From Octopus bimaculoides (lineage: Eukaryota), in the NCBI RefSeq assembly GCF_001194135.2, contig NC_068993.1, positions 58,717,411 to 58,760,137 of the forward strand: a DNA stretch of 42,727 nucleotides. The letters run 5' to 3'. A program made the position numbers and the translations under genes. A model generated the notes under the pieces. The model had not been told where the DNA came from. It saw only the letters and a list, made by a program, of their open reading frames with translations, and did not search any database. This document shows, piece by piece, positions 1 to 11,121 of the stretch. Positions within the stretch are counted from its first letter, which is position 1. Each line of letters begins with the position of its first letter.

Positions 1-41
1 CTACAATTCTAAAAGTGAGAAAAAATTTTCATCGAAGTCTT

Positions 42-62
42 ACACACACACACACACACACG

Positions 63-114
<52 letters not shown>

Positions 115-120
115 CACACA
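42..120. repeat. (CA)n microsatellite
   Basis: Direct reading; a few CG interruptions. Confidence 0.95.
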
Positions 121-780
121 TATGAACTCACCTTTCAGCTTTGTGTGTGTGTATTTGTAAAGGTTAGTTAATGAACGAATAAACTACTAGCAAAGCAGTG
201 AATTTAAAATTAATTATAGTTATTTGTTTCATTTCCTTCTACTGTATATTTCTGTCCTGAGATATTCTCAAACGAATACAAAATTTCGTTCTTGGTATAC
301 TAGTTGAATATACGGTTTAGATAACTGAAGTTTCACGGTGGACTTTTAAAATCTTAATGACGTTTATAACTATATGTTACAAAATTCAGGAAATTATTTA
401 TAGGAAGGAAGAGATATTTGAAAGAAAACAAAATGGCTTAGTCTGTAATAAGGTCTTCTCTTGAGTCTGTGATATTCAAACCACAAAGCGATTCTAAGGG
501 GATGAAACTTAAAAGGAGGAAAAAATGTAAGTGACTGTAAGAGGGCGCCAAAAAAAGGCTGGAGGGAACGAGAGAGAAAAACAGAGAAGCAGTTTAAGTA
601 TAAAGTGCTTAGGTTAAATATAGAGAAGGTAACTAATCTCGAAAAGATTGTAAAGCTAAATCTTTTGCTTTGACAAAGTTTATAAATTCCCATAAATTAA
701 ATTAAGTTTAAAGTATGCGGTTACCTTTGATTTCTATAAATCGATAAAATGATAGCTTTTAAAATCGATGTATGCATGTG

Positions 781-1011
781 TGTGAGAGAGAGAGAGAGAG
801 AGAAAGAGAGACAGACAGAGAGACAAAGACAGAGACAGAGACAGAGAGACAGAGAAATAAAACGAAGGACTGGTTTGATATTTGAAAGGGTTGAGAAGAA
901 GAAGAAGAAGAAGAAGAAGAAGAAGAAGAAGAAGAAGAAGAAGAAGAAGAAGAAGAAGAAGAAGAAGAAGAAGAAGAAGAAGAAGAAGAAGAAGAAGAAG
1001 AAGAAGAAGAA
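781..1011. repeat. (GA)n/(GACAGA)n tract followed by a pure (GAA)n array (about 894-1011)
   Basis: Direct reading; this is the source of the poly-K/poly-R/poly-L ORFs. Confidence 0.95.
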
Positions 1012-1867
1012 GCACGGAAGGAAAAAACGTTCGGTCAGTTTATAAGAGATGTGATCGCCAAGACAGATAATGAGGAGCAGTGGCTATGGATGAGGAGTGA
1101 CCTGAGGATAGAGACAGAAGAACTCATAAGCGCGGCTCAAGAACAAGCGTTAAGGACCAACTATATGAAGTGCAGAATATACAACACTACCGATAGCGAC
1201 AAACGCAGGATGTGTGGTGAGAGGGGTGAAACGGTATGGCACATCGTTAGCGAATGTCCGAAATTGGCACAACGCGAATACAAAAGACGCCATTGCAATG
1301 TGGCGAGAATGATCCATTGAAGGTTCTGTGGAAATCACAGCCTACAAAGTGCAAAGACGTGATATAAGAAAACTTCAGGAGTCACCGAAAATGAGAATTG
1401 CAAAATCATGTGGGATACAATGATCCAATGCGACCACCCGACCAGACATCGGAACTGGACATTGTTGTGGTGAATAAAAAAGAAAGCATATGTATGGTAA
1501 TCGACATAGCTTGCCCCGGTGATAACAGGATCAATGTGAAAGAAGAAATAGTAAACAACTATGACTATTTAAAGTTGGAAATACGAAGTTGTGGTCAATG
1601 AAGAGAGAAGACGTGATACCAATAGTAATTGGCACACTTGGAAGTATCAGCATTCAACTACCAACATGGCTGAAAAAGATCACTGCAAGTGTGAAGGTAG
1701 ACCACCTACAAAAATCAACATTGCTTAGAACTGCAAAAATTCTTCGCAGAGTTCTTGAAGCATGACCAGTGAACAAGTGTCAATTTAGTCTGCCGGCTGT
1801 GGACAGCTGACCCCCTTTTCATCATACCCAGCAAAATAAGCTGTGAGTTTTCATATAATAATAATAA
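1012..1867 (+). mobile_element. 5'-truncated, decayed R4/Dong-type RLE non-LTR retrotransposon (3' part), copy 1
   Basis: The translation ...KTFGQFIRDV..WLWMRSDLRIETEELISAAQEQALRTNYMK..MCGERGETVWHIVSECPKLAQREYKRRH.. contains a degenerate CCHC knuckle. It is followed by ..DIVVVNKKESICMVIDIACPGDNRI.. (RLE) and ..IPIVIGTLG..LQKSTLLRTAKILRRVLEA* (stop 1763-1765), with stops and frameshifts. It ends in a short (TAA)n at about 1856-1867. Confidence 0.85.
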
Positions 1868-1872
1868 AAATA

Positions 1873-2066
1873 AAGGTTTCTAATTTTGGCACAAGGCCTG
1901 TCAGTTCGGGGCAGGGGGATAGTCAAACTCGTACTTATTTCATCGACCTCAAAACGATGAAAGGCAAAGTCGACCTCGGCGGAATTTGAACCGAGAAGGT
2001 AAAGAGGACGAAGTGCCGCTACGCATTTTTCCCGGCGTGCTAACGTGTCTGCCACCTTGCCACCTT
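1873..2066 (-). mobile_element. tRNA-derived SINE, family A (head AAGGCGGCGAGCTGGCAGAATCGTTAGCA...)
   Basis: Matches many other copies in the window; B-box-like GGTTCAAATTCC; head heptamer duplicated (CCACCTTGCCACCTT); flanked by ATT-rich runs at both ends in its own sense. Confidence 0.85.
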
Positions 2067-2085
2067 AATAATAATAATAATTATT

Positions 2086-3596
2086 ATTATTATTGTTCAG
2101 TAGTTTTATTTTTATAACGTGCTTTCACTTCACTACCGAGCGCAGCTCTGTGCGCCTTGGGTATGTGCTGTGGTTTGCTGTGGTGCTCTTATGTTTACTG
2201 TATTGAAAGTGTTTTGCGTAGAATGTGTGCAGTACCCAGTAGTGCAATTTTCTGTATGTTATATATATTTGTAAATCCTTGTGTTTTTGTTATGTATTTG
2301 TCTGAATATTTTTTTATTATACCTAAGGCACCTATTATGATAGAAATTGTTTCTGTTTTTAGACTCCACATTCGAGTTATCTCTATTTCCAGGTCTTTGT
2401 ATTTTGAAAGTTTTTTCCATTTCTTTTAGAGAAACGTTNNNNNNNNNNNNNNNNNNNNNNNNNNNNNNNNNNNNNNNNNNNNNNNNNNNNNNNNNNNNNN
2501 NNNNNNNNNNNNNNNNNNNNNNNNNNNNNNNNNNNNNNNNNNNNNNNNNNNNNNNNNNNNNNNNNNNNNNNNNNNNNNNNNNNNNNNNNNNNNNNNNNNN
2601 NNNNNNNNNNNNNNNNNNNNNNNNNNNNNNNNNNNNNNNNNNNNNNNNNNNNNNNNNNNNNNNNNNNNNNNNNNNNNNNNNNNNNNNNNNNNNNNNNNNN
2701 NNNNNNNNNNNNNNNNNNNNNNNNNNNNNNNNNNNNNNNNNNNNNNNNNNNNNNNNNNNNNNNNNNNNNNNNNNNNNNNNNNNNNNNNNNNNNNNNNNNN
2801 NNNNNNNNNNNNNNNNNNNNNNNNNNNNNNNNNNNNNNNNNNNNNNNNNNNNNNNNNNNNNNNNNNNNNNNNNNNNNNNNNNNNNNNNNNNNNNNNNNNN
2901 NNNNNNNNNNNNNNNNNNNNNNNNNNNNNNNNNNNNNNNNNNNNNNNNNNNNNNNNNNNNNNNNNNNNNNNNNNNNNNNNNNNNNNNNNNNNNNNNNNNN
3001 NNNNNNNNNNNNNNNNNNNNNNNNNNNNNNNNNNNNNNNNNNNNNNNNNNNNNNNNNNNNNNNNNNNNNNNNNNNNNNNNNNNNNNNNNNNNNNNNNNNN
3101 NNNNNNNNNNNNNNNNNNNNNNNNNNNNNNNNNNNNNNNNNNNNNNNNNNNNNNNNNNNNNNNNNNNNNNNNNNNNNNNNNNNNNNNNNNNNNNNNNNNN
3201 NNNNNNNNNNNNNNNNNNNNNNNNNNNNNNNNNNNNNNNNNNNNNNNNNNNNNNNNNNNNNNNNNNNNNNNNNNNNNNNNNNNNNNNNNNNNNNNNNNNN
3301 NNNNNNNNNNNNNNNNNNNNNNNNNNNNNNNNNNNNNNNNNNNNNNNNNNNNNNGGTTATTTTATAATAGTTTTCTAGCTGTATAAGACCCCTGCCACCT
3401 TCTGTGCGTTGTATATATAGCTTTTCTATGTCAGATTTTGGGTGGTGCATCCTATATCCTGTCATTATTTTTCTTGTTTTCCTGTCTATTTTACATAGTT
3501 CGTTTAGTGTCCAGTTAAGGATGTTGTAGCTGTAGCTTATAACTGGGACAGCTAAAGTGTTGATACCCATTATCTTGTTTTTAGCATTGAGCTCTG

Positions 3597-3597
<1 letters not shown>
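2086..3597 (-). mobile_element. 5'-truncated R4/Dong-type retrotransposon, copy 2, spanning the 916-N gap (2439-3354)
   Basis: The 5' part reads KTELNAKNKIMGINTLAVPVISYSYNILNWT..KIDRKTRKIMT..HHPKSDIEKLYIQRTEGGRGLIQLE (post-RT region). The 3' part reads SKYKDLEIEITRMWSLKTETISIIIGALG..IQKIALLGTAHILRKTLSIQ* followed by a 3' UTR and (AAT)n tail. There is (AAT)n in element sense at both ends. The gap size roughly fits the missing protein segment (inference). Confidence 0.85.

Positions 3598-3668
<71 letters not shown>
3596..3668. repeat. (TTA)n array between two divergently oriented R4/Dong fragments
   Basis: Direct reading. Confidence 0.95.
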
Positions 3669-3669
<1 letters not shown>

Positions 3670-3672
<3 letters not shown>

Positions 3673-4330
3673 AACTATTGAGAAAAACAAGCAATGGTAT
3701 AAACATGTGCCAAACAAGAAACATCACAACGACCAGGCCGCAATCATCTGGGATATGCCTATTCAAACTGACAAGGAAAGCAAAGCTAATCGCCCAGACA
3801 TAATAATCAAGGACTGGAAAAAAAAACACCTGCATACTCACAAACACTATAGTCCTTTCTGACCAAAATATTGCCCAAAGAGATGTGGAGAAATTGTCAA
3901 AGTTCGAAGATCCCGAAATTAGACTATTCAAGACATGGGGCATCAAAGTGAAAACAATAGCATTAATAATTGAAGCGTTGGTTATGATAAAAGAAAAACG
4001 TACGAACTAAAACGTAGTCGCTATACCTGGACCCTCAACACTACACACTATCCAAAAAATAGCCCTGTTAGGCACAGCCCACATCCTATGTAAGACACTA
4101 TCAATTCAAATATTACAACTCAAAGAATACAATCCACAAATAAAAGACATTCTATACAATAAATATCCAATAAAATAAATAACCACAACATGTACTTTAC
4201 AGGTCGGATACCCAACAGAAGAACACAACACTCATTACACAGAAAACACAATAAAAGACTCAAGCCAAAGGACACCACAAAACGAACTGATGCATTACAA
4301 TACCGAAAAGAGTTTGTACCCCCCCCCCCA
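3670..4330 (+). mobile_element. Decayed R4/Dong-type RLE fragment, copy 3 (different subfamily), with probable 3' UTR
   Basis: WYKHVPN..IIWDMPIQTDKESKANRPDIIIKD (RLE PD motif) and, after frameshifts, ..TIQKIALLGTAHILCKTLSIQ (ends about 4110). Confidence 0.8.
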
Positions 4331-4532
4331 ATAACAACAACAAATAAGAACATACAATGCTGCACACACATCAGCTACACGAAGGTGTAGCACGTGATGC
4401 AGTTGAAATTTGCCTAAAACTATCAAATGTTGAATGATGATGATGATGGTGGTGGTGGTGATGATAATGATGATGATATCTAGATCATTTCAGTAAAAAG
4501 TATGGCGAGAGTATAAATAGGAAGGGGAATAA

Positions 4533-4812
4533 TTTTCTAGCATTTCTTTTAAATGGTATTACAGAAAGATTTCAGATATCTTTCGAATTAGACGAAATAA
4601 AAAAAAAACATGAAAATATTGAAAATATCTGTTAAACAAATGTGATAATATAAAATGAAATGAAAACTAAGATCTTTTGTATTCATCGTCATGAATATTT
4701 ATTTGGTTTGCCGTTGTAAAGAAACCACAAAATTATCTATAAAAAAAAAATTAAATACGAGGTAAACAAACTTAGATTTGGGTTATAAAAATATGGGTTA
4801 CTTTGAAAAAAA
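4533..4812 (+). repeat. AT-rich repeat, left arm of an inverted pair with 8478-8740
   Basis: Co-linear inverted similarity over about 270 bp, including a perfect 31-bp match (4770-4800 vs 8488-8518). Confidence 0.75.
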
Positions 4813-5029
4813 ATTTGGAGCATAGTTTGTGAAAATGAGTAAAATACTAGCTTGGCAAAACAATATGAAGATAAAAAATGATAAACTGAAGAACGGTTAA
4901 AACTGGAAAATAAAGGAATTGGTTTCAGATACCAGCTTTTAGTTGCAGCATGAGCAAAAACAGGAAAAGAAGGAAATTAAATGAAGTGGCGGGCTCAGGG
5001 TGGTTTAAATCTACAATAATCTATCTATC

Positions 5030-5590
5030 TATCTTTGAAGCTAATTCTTTGGGAGTTTTGGGGCCTTGTGGTTGCTTGAATAGCAATAGTGTTACTACGA
5101 ATAAGCCACATAGTGAAAGGGGTAGCTTGGAATATTAGGCTGCTGTCGCGTTTGGTATATGAAATGATGTGCCTAAAAGAATGGTTTCAGTCAGCCTTCG
5201 AATGTTTCTGAAGGATCGAGAGTGAAGTATGTTTATTACCAGGAGCGACATAAAATTGGCAGAGCTCCGACCAGTTGGCTGACTTGAAGTGCCTTTGAGT
5301 CCGAGAGAAGGAGGATGTTGCAGTGGATGTGGTTGTTTTGAGCAGTTTTTTGAGCCAAAGGTCGTAATACCAGATATGTGCTCAGACAGTTAAGTGTGAT
5401 ACAGATTAGATTTAGAGGTGAGAAAGTGATTGTGGGTACCTGTGTGACTGTCTGGAATGCGAGAAGAGGATAAAACAAGTTGGCGTAAGGGTAGAGGATT
5501 GAACCAGCTGACACTTTGTTGGGTGTTATTTCATTTACAAACCCTTTTATATCTATTTCTCCTTTGAGGTTGAACTTTTTTTGCAAAGCA
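5030..5590 (-). mobile_element. Decayed APE-type LINE fragment (Jockey/I/CR1 group; endonuclease C-terminus and linker)
   Basis: Frame-hopping translation gives LNLICIT..VLRPL.. then HFKSANWSELCQFY.. and ..DPSETF..LTETILLG..HIP. This resembles the post-endonuclease (W/H)xFxxANW linker of these LINEs. Recognised from memory only. Confidence 0.5.
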
Positions 5591-5599
5591 TTAACGTAT

Positions 5600-7680
5600 T
5601 ATACAGAATATCCACTAAAAACTTCACCATTCCAGTTCGGAAGTATATATCTCAAATGTCAAGAAACTGCAATGACGAGCACAATTATACAATAAACTAG
5701 AAGAGACCAGTAATAAATCTAACTACAGATATCCACCAAACAGATTTCTTCAATCCTTTGAAGAAGACCTATTTTCACTCATAAAATACCTTGTTTAGAA
5801 AAAATAAAAAATACGGTTTCCAAAATAATTTTATAACAGAAATTACGTGACATAAAAAAAAATGCCAAGCAAATCGAATAAGATTAAAAGGTTATACAAA
5901 AATCGATAAATACGCACCGTAGACTAATTTCCAACTCTACTACAAAATCGTACAAGAATACCAATCGGAATGCACTTGATGAAATCAACATCCATGGTCA
6001 AAGAATTACAGTGAATTTAATTATAGATGATATAACGGAACCATTATCTCTCAAATCTCCTTACGTTACTCTCAAAGATCACAAAGCAGAATTTAACAAA
6101 AACCTGCTATTAAAGTTATAAACATCACAAAAGCTGACAAAGGAATAATATGCAAAACTTTACCAAATAAACTACATCCTACAGTTAAGTAGGTATCACC
6201 ATAACCTTTATCGTAGAATACCAAAGAAGTCATAAAATAGTTCAGACTGATTCTGCACAAAAATGACATCAAATTTTTACTGTTCAACATAAAAGGATAC
6301 TATTCTTTCACGACACTACATGTATTAGATAAGTATCTTAACTTTGGAAAATCAATAACCTACATCAAAGATTTTGATGTAGACAATAGTCCATACTCAT
6401 AAAATTGCTATAGATATGTCTTCTTGATTAAAAAAATATATGTACACCGTGAGAGACACAAACATGGATGCTAACGACTTGACAGAAATAAGCGATGGTC
6501 TTTGTTATATAATCTGGAAGAATATACCGAGATGATGGGTTACTGACCCCGTACAACTGCAAGAAATCACAGACGGAATTAAGAGGAACGTAAAACTTAG
6601 AATTATTTTCTTTTGTATCAAATAATTTCGATTACTGATTACCATTAAAGCAAACCTTTTCAAAACCAATTTCGTGTTACTTTAGACCGTTATAATCCCT
6701 TTTAGCTCCCTTTTCAGGAAATCTAACGAATATTCATAAATTCTCGAACTACGCTAAGAGCATTATAAACAATCCAAGGAATGTTTCTCTCAGATTATCC
6801 AAACTATTTCTAAATAAGCAAATTTCTTCAAAAACTTCACCGATGTCTTGGAAAGAAGTGGGTTTAAAAAGAATATTTGGCGGAAATCTGGTTTATGCAT
6901 GGCATATAATCCTTCATAACTTCTCATTTTTTGGAATTTTCAGAAAGATTTTACGAATTTATATTCTACACAGGGGAATTCACAAGATAATGAATTTTTT
7001 TAATGTTTCGAAATTTTAATGCAAAACTATTTTGGTTAATTTTTCGAATTTTTTAAAAAATTAGTTTAAAATACGGACAGTCCGAATTTTTGGCTTAAAT
7101 CCCAGGAATGGACCATTATATGTGTTTATGGGGAGAAAAATATCGAAAAACATCAATACGTCGAACAGACAAACGAGAAGAGTATGAAGTGGTCATGAGG
7201 TGTGCTAAAAATAACAACTAAATAGCCCTTAAATCACGCAGCATTTATATNNNNNNNNNNNNNNNNNNNNNNNNNNNNNNNNNNNNNNNNNNNNNNNNNN
7301 NNNNNNNNNNNNNNNNNNNNNNNNNNNNNNNNNNNNNNNNNNNNNNNNNNNNNNNNNNNNNNNNNNNNNNNNNNNNNNNNNNNNNNNNNNNNNNNNNNNN
7401 NNNNNNNNNNNNNNNNNNNNNNNNNNNNNNNNNNNNNNNNNNNNNNNNNNNNNATGAATTCTGTGTGCAGAATATAAATTCACGAAAATTTTAATTTTCT
7501 GAAAATTCCAAAAGATAAAAAAAGTTGAGGGGTTATATGCCGTATGTAAAGCAAAATTCCGCAAAATGTCTTTTTTTATATTGACTCAATAATTCAATGT
7601 AGAAGACCATTTCAATAGAAATAGGAACAGAAATATTGCCTGATGTAACAACAAAGTAGTTGTAACCATCCCATAGGGAG
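5600..7680 (+). mobile_element. Decayed Penelope-like element (PLE) reverse transcriptase, interrupted at about 6866-7577
   Basis: Motifs in order: FLQSFEEDLFSLIK; FRLI; LNFGKSITYIKDFDVD; YRDDGL (6525-6542); YIHKFSN..SII; LRLSKL; VLERSGFK. After the insertion it continues NRNRNI(A)*CN, matching the PLE RKRNIIWFNPP motif. Many stops and frameshifts. Confidence 0.8.
6866..7577. mobile_element. Foldback/MITE-like non-autonomous element with about 115-bp imperfect terminal inverted repeats (6866-6982, 7454-7577), containing a gap
   Basis: Reverse complement of 7454-7577 aligns to 6866-6982 (GGCATATAA.CC.TCA..; TTGGAATTTTCAGAAA; GAATTTATATTCT.CAC). TSD and superfamily not resolved. Confidence 0.65.
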
Positions 7681-8477
7681 GAGATCTTCAGCTAAACACT
7701 TCGTTTCACGTCGTTCCAGTCCACTTGGCTGTAAATAAGTAACCCTACGATACACTGGAATTCCATTCAGGGAGCGGAATGTTGGTCTTCCTGCCAAACC
7801 AACATGGTGGCATCATTCGAAGACTACAGTAACGTAAGGAAGCGCAATGTGACTAGCAATGTATAACAACACCCGTAGTCTGGTCAATGCAGTGGTAAAC
7901 AGTTATAATCAGATACGATATGAGCAGTTATAATAAGACATTTTGATATATTTCGAATTCGTTTTAATAAATTCGATAATAAATTTTAGAATTGCGAACA
8001 AAAAAGAAATAATTAAATATTTAATCTTTATAATCTTTTAACCTTTTCACTGATCTTTCTGCTAAACAAAATGTCAGCTTAATCTTTTAATGTATTCATT
8101 AACCCTACCATAATTTTCTTACTGTTCACCAAACTTTAGCTAATTATTTCTTTAATTAAGAAGTTACATACACATGAGTAAAAATTGTGTTTTAATTATT
8201 CCTTACCATTTCTATTAATTTGTTTTAAAATTATGATGATTCCTTTGATACATATTTAATTCAAAAAACGAAACTTCCTTTAACCATGAGCGTATTTCTT
8301 TTTTTCTTCTTTCTTTAAATTTAATCCAATCATAACTTTAATTTTATTTTTTCCTCCTTTTTTTTTTTTTTTTTTGCTTCTACCTGTTTCACCGTGTTAT
8401 CTTTATATGGTTTTTCCCAAACAAACTATCTTGCAGTTTTTTTTTTTTACTATTATTCCCAGTCAACGTTAAGAATT

Positions 8478-8740
8478 TTCTTCGAAATAACCCATATTTT
8501 TATAACCCAAATCTAAGTAAATAGGTTTACCTCATACTTTGCAAAAACATCATAATTACTTTATTCCCAAACCAAAATAAATATTTATAACACTAAACAT
8601 AGGGGACTTTAGTCTTCTTTTTTTTTTATTTCACATTTGTTAAATCAATAATCTCAGTATCTTATATTTTATTATTTCGTCTAATACAGAAGATATCAAT
8701 AAACCAACTATAATTCCCTTATAAAAAAATACTAGAAAAC
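8478..8740 (-). repeat. AT-rich repeat, right arm of the inverted pair with 4533-4812
   Basis: See the left arm. Confidence 0.75.
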
Positions 8741-8793
8741 TATTCACACTTCATTTCATAAACCTAAGATTCTGTACATTCTCTCGGAAAGCC

Positions 8794-8825
<32 letters not shown>

Positions 8826-9139
8826 GTTCAGTAGTTTTATTTTTATAACGTGCTTTCACTTCACTACCGAGCGCAGCTCTGTGCGCCTTGGGTATGTGCT
8901 GTGGTTTGCTGTGGTGTTCTTATGGTTACTGTATTGAAAGTGTTTTGCGTAGGATGTGAGCAGTGCCCAGTAGTGCAATTTTCTGTATGCTATATATATT
9001 TGTAAGTCCTGGTGTTTTTGTTATGTATTTGTCTGAATATTTTTTTATTATACCTAAGGCACCTACTATGATAGGAATTGTTTCTGTTTTTAGATTCCAC
9101 ATTCGAGTTACCTCTATTTCCAGGTCTTTGTATTTATTA
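8794..9139 (-). mobile_element. R4/Dong-type 3' end, copy 4 (same subfamily as copy 2), with (AAT)n tail
   Basis: KYKDLEIEVTRMWNLKTETIPIIVGALG..IQKIALLGTAHILRKTLSIQ*. I counted 12 differences from copy 2 over about 305 bp; the terminal approximately 90 nt are identical. Confidence 0.9.
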
Positions 9140-9597
9140 NNNNNNNNNNNNNNNNNNNNNNNNNNNNNNNNNNNNNNNNNNNNNNNNNNNNNNNNNNNNN
9201 NNNNNNNNNNNNNNNNNNNNNNNNNNNNNNNNNNNNNNNNNNNNNNNNNNNNNNNNNNNNNNNNNNNNNNNNNNNNNNNNNNNNNNNNNNNNNNNNNNNN
9301 NNNNNNNNNNNNNNNNNNNNNNNNNNNNNNNNNNNNNNNNNNNNNNNNNNNNNNNNNNNNNNNNNNNNNNNNNNNNNNNNNNNNNNNNNNNNNNNNNNNN
9401 NNNNNNNNNNNNNNNNNNNNNNNNNNNNNNNNNNNNNNNNNNNNNNNNNNNNNNNNNNNNNNNNNNNNNNNNNNNNNNNNNNNNNNNNNNNNNNNNNNNN
9501 NNNNNNNNNNNNNNNNNNNNNNNNNNNNNNNNNNNNNNNNNNNNNNNNNNNNNNNNNNNNNNNNNNNNNNNNNNNNNNNNNNNNNNNNNNNNNNNNN

Positions 9598-9729
9598 GTG
9601 TTTGCTTTAAAATTTGAGATCACATAGACAGTATTTTACGTAGGATATGGGCAGTTCCCATGAGCACTATCTTTTGAACTTCAGCCATTTTGGGGTTTCC
9701 TGGTATCTGAGCTAGGTAGTAATCAGCCC

Positions 9730-9730
<1 letters not shown>
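9598..9730 (-). mobile_element. R4/Dong-type 3'-terminal fragment, copy 5 (another subfamily)
   Basis: ADYYLAQIPGNPKMAEVQKIVLMGTAHILRKILSM*; its 5' end abuts the (AAT)n array 9731-9814 in element sense. Confidence 0.8.

Positions 9731-9814
<84 letters not shown>
9731..9814. repeat. (TTA)n array
   Basis: Direct reading. Confidence 0.95.
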
Positions 9815-9815
<1 letters not shown>

Positions 9816-9839
9816 GCAAGTGCATGCTAATTTAGCAGG

Positions 9840-10128
9840 TATTTTATCTTGAGGTTTTGGTGACAACAAATCTCTCCTCAAATCTCAAGAATCTTCCTTA
9901 CGAAGCAAAATCTACGATCTTACTCTACTGTCCGTTTATGTTGTCCTCTCTGCTCATATCCGGTTTTCTTGCTCCGACAGTGTGGTCAGTCTTTATAGGG
10001 AAATCTCTCTCAAGATCTCGTAATTCTTATTTTCTGTCACAGCCTCTGGTTCGTTTTCATACCACTTCTTTGTTGTTTCAAAACCACAAACACGGCTAAC
10101 ATTCCAATGCACCCTTTTGCCAACATCA
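9840..10128 (-). mobile_element. Decayed R4/Dong-type RLE fragment, copy 6
   Basis: DDVGKRVHWNVSRVCGFETTKKWYENEPEAVTENKNYEILRDFPIKTDHTVGARKPDM..KIVDFA. Confidence 0.75.
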
Positions 10129-10152
10129 TCATCATCATCATCATCATCATCA

Positions 10153-10502
10153 ATCACCTTGGGCAAGTGTCTTCTACTATAGCCTCGGGCCGACCAAAGC
10201 CTTGTGAGTGGATTTGGTAGACGGAAACTGAAAGAAGCCCGTCGTATATATGTATGTATATATATATGTATGTATGTATGCGTATATGTTTGTATGTCTC
10301 TGTGTTTGTCTCCTCAACATTGCTTGACAACCGATGCTGGTGTGTTTATGTCCCCGTAACTTAGCGGTTCGGCAAAAGAGACCGATAGAATAAGTACTAG
10401 GCATCCAAAGAATAAGTCCTGGGATCGATTTGCTCGACTAAATGCGGTGCTCCAGGATGGCCGCAGTCAAATGACTGAAACAAGTAAAAGAGTAAAAGAG
10501 TA
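10153..10502 (+). mobile_element. tRNA-derived SINE, family B, head missing; internal (TA/TG) microsatellite
   Basis: CCTTGGGCAAGTGTCTTCTACTATAGCCTCGGGCCGACCAAAGCCTTGTGAGTGGATTTGGTAGACGGAAACTG..GTCCCCGTAACTTAGCGGTTCGGC..GACTGAAACAAGTAAAAGAG; shared with other copies in the window. Confidence 0.85.
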
Positions 10503-10805
10503 TTATTATTATTATTATTATTATCATCACCATCATCATCATTATTATCAATTAATTTAGTCAGTCAGTCTTCCTCTTCTCAAACGTTATATTACTTCGA
10601 GTGAATTAAAATCCAGCCTTTAACTCCCTATCTCTCATCCATCACTTTTAAAAGCCATCACTTTATCGATTTACAGAAATCACAGATAAACCACATTCTT
10701 TAATCTTAATTTTATTTATGAGAATTTACAAACTTTGTGAAAGTAGTAGACTTAACTTTGCAAACTTTTCGTGATAAATTAACTCCTCGATACTTGGCCA
10801 AAATT

Positions 10806-10930
10806 ACAATGGCGTGTTGGTAAAATCGTTAGAGCGTCGGGCAAAATGCATTGCAATATTGGTTCCGCCGTTTTTTCATATTTGAGCTAATCTCCCGTCT
10901 AATTTAACATCGTTTCACCTGTTTCCGGAG
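10806..10930 (+). mobile_element. Old, diverged SINE family A fragment
   Basis: TGGTAAAATCGTTAGAGCGTCGGGCAAAATGC resembles the family A head. Confidence 0.5.
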
Positions 10931-11121
10931 TCTAGCTCCTCGGGTCGTTGGAACTGACTACATCTCGCTTTCAAATGAGATCGCTTATGTCATTGTAAGG
11001 AACATTATTTGATCTTGGTTAACCATTTTCTTTAAGTACAAGTATTTTCTTCTTCTCTCATTCTTCTCATAATTTATATGTACTTCTCTAGAAATTCGAT
11101 TTTATTTATTCTCTTTATGTG

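Noticed and set aside
5236-5586. 116-aa ORF read as an RNase H domain (LLLSDSKA)
   Set aside because: Neighbouring frames fit the APE endonuclease C-terminus and linker better; the motif is probably a frameshift coincidence.
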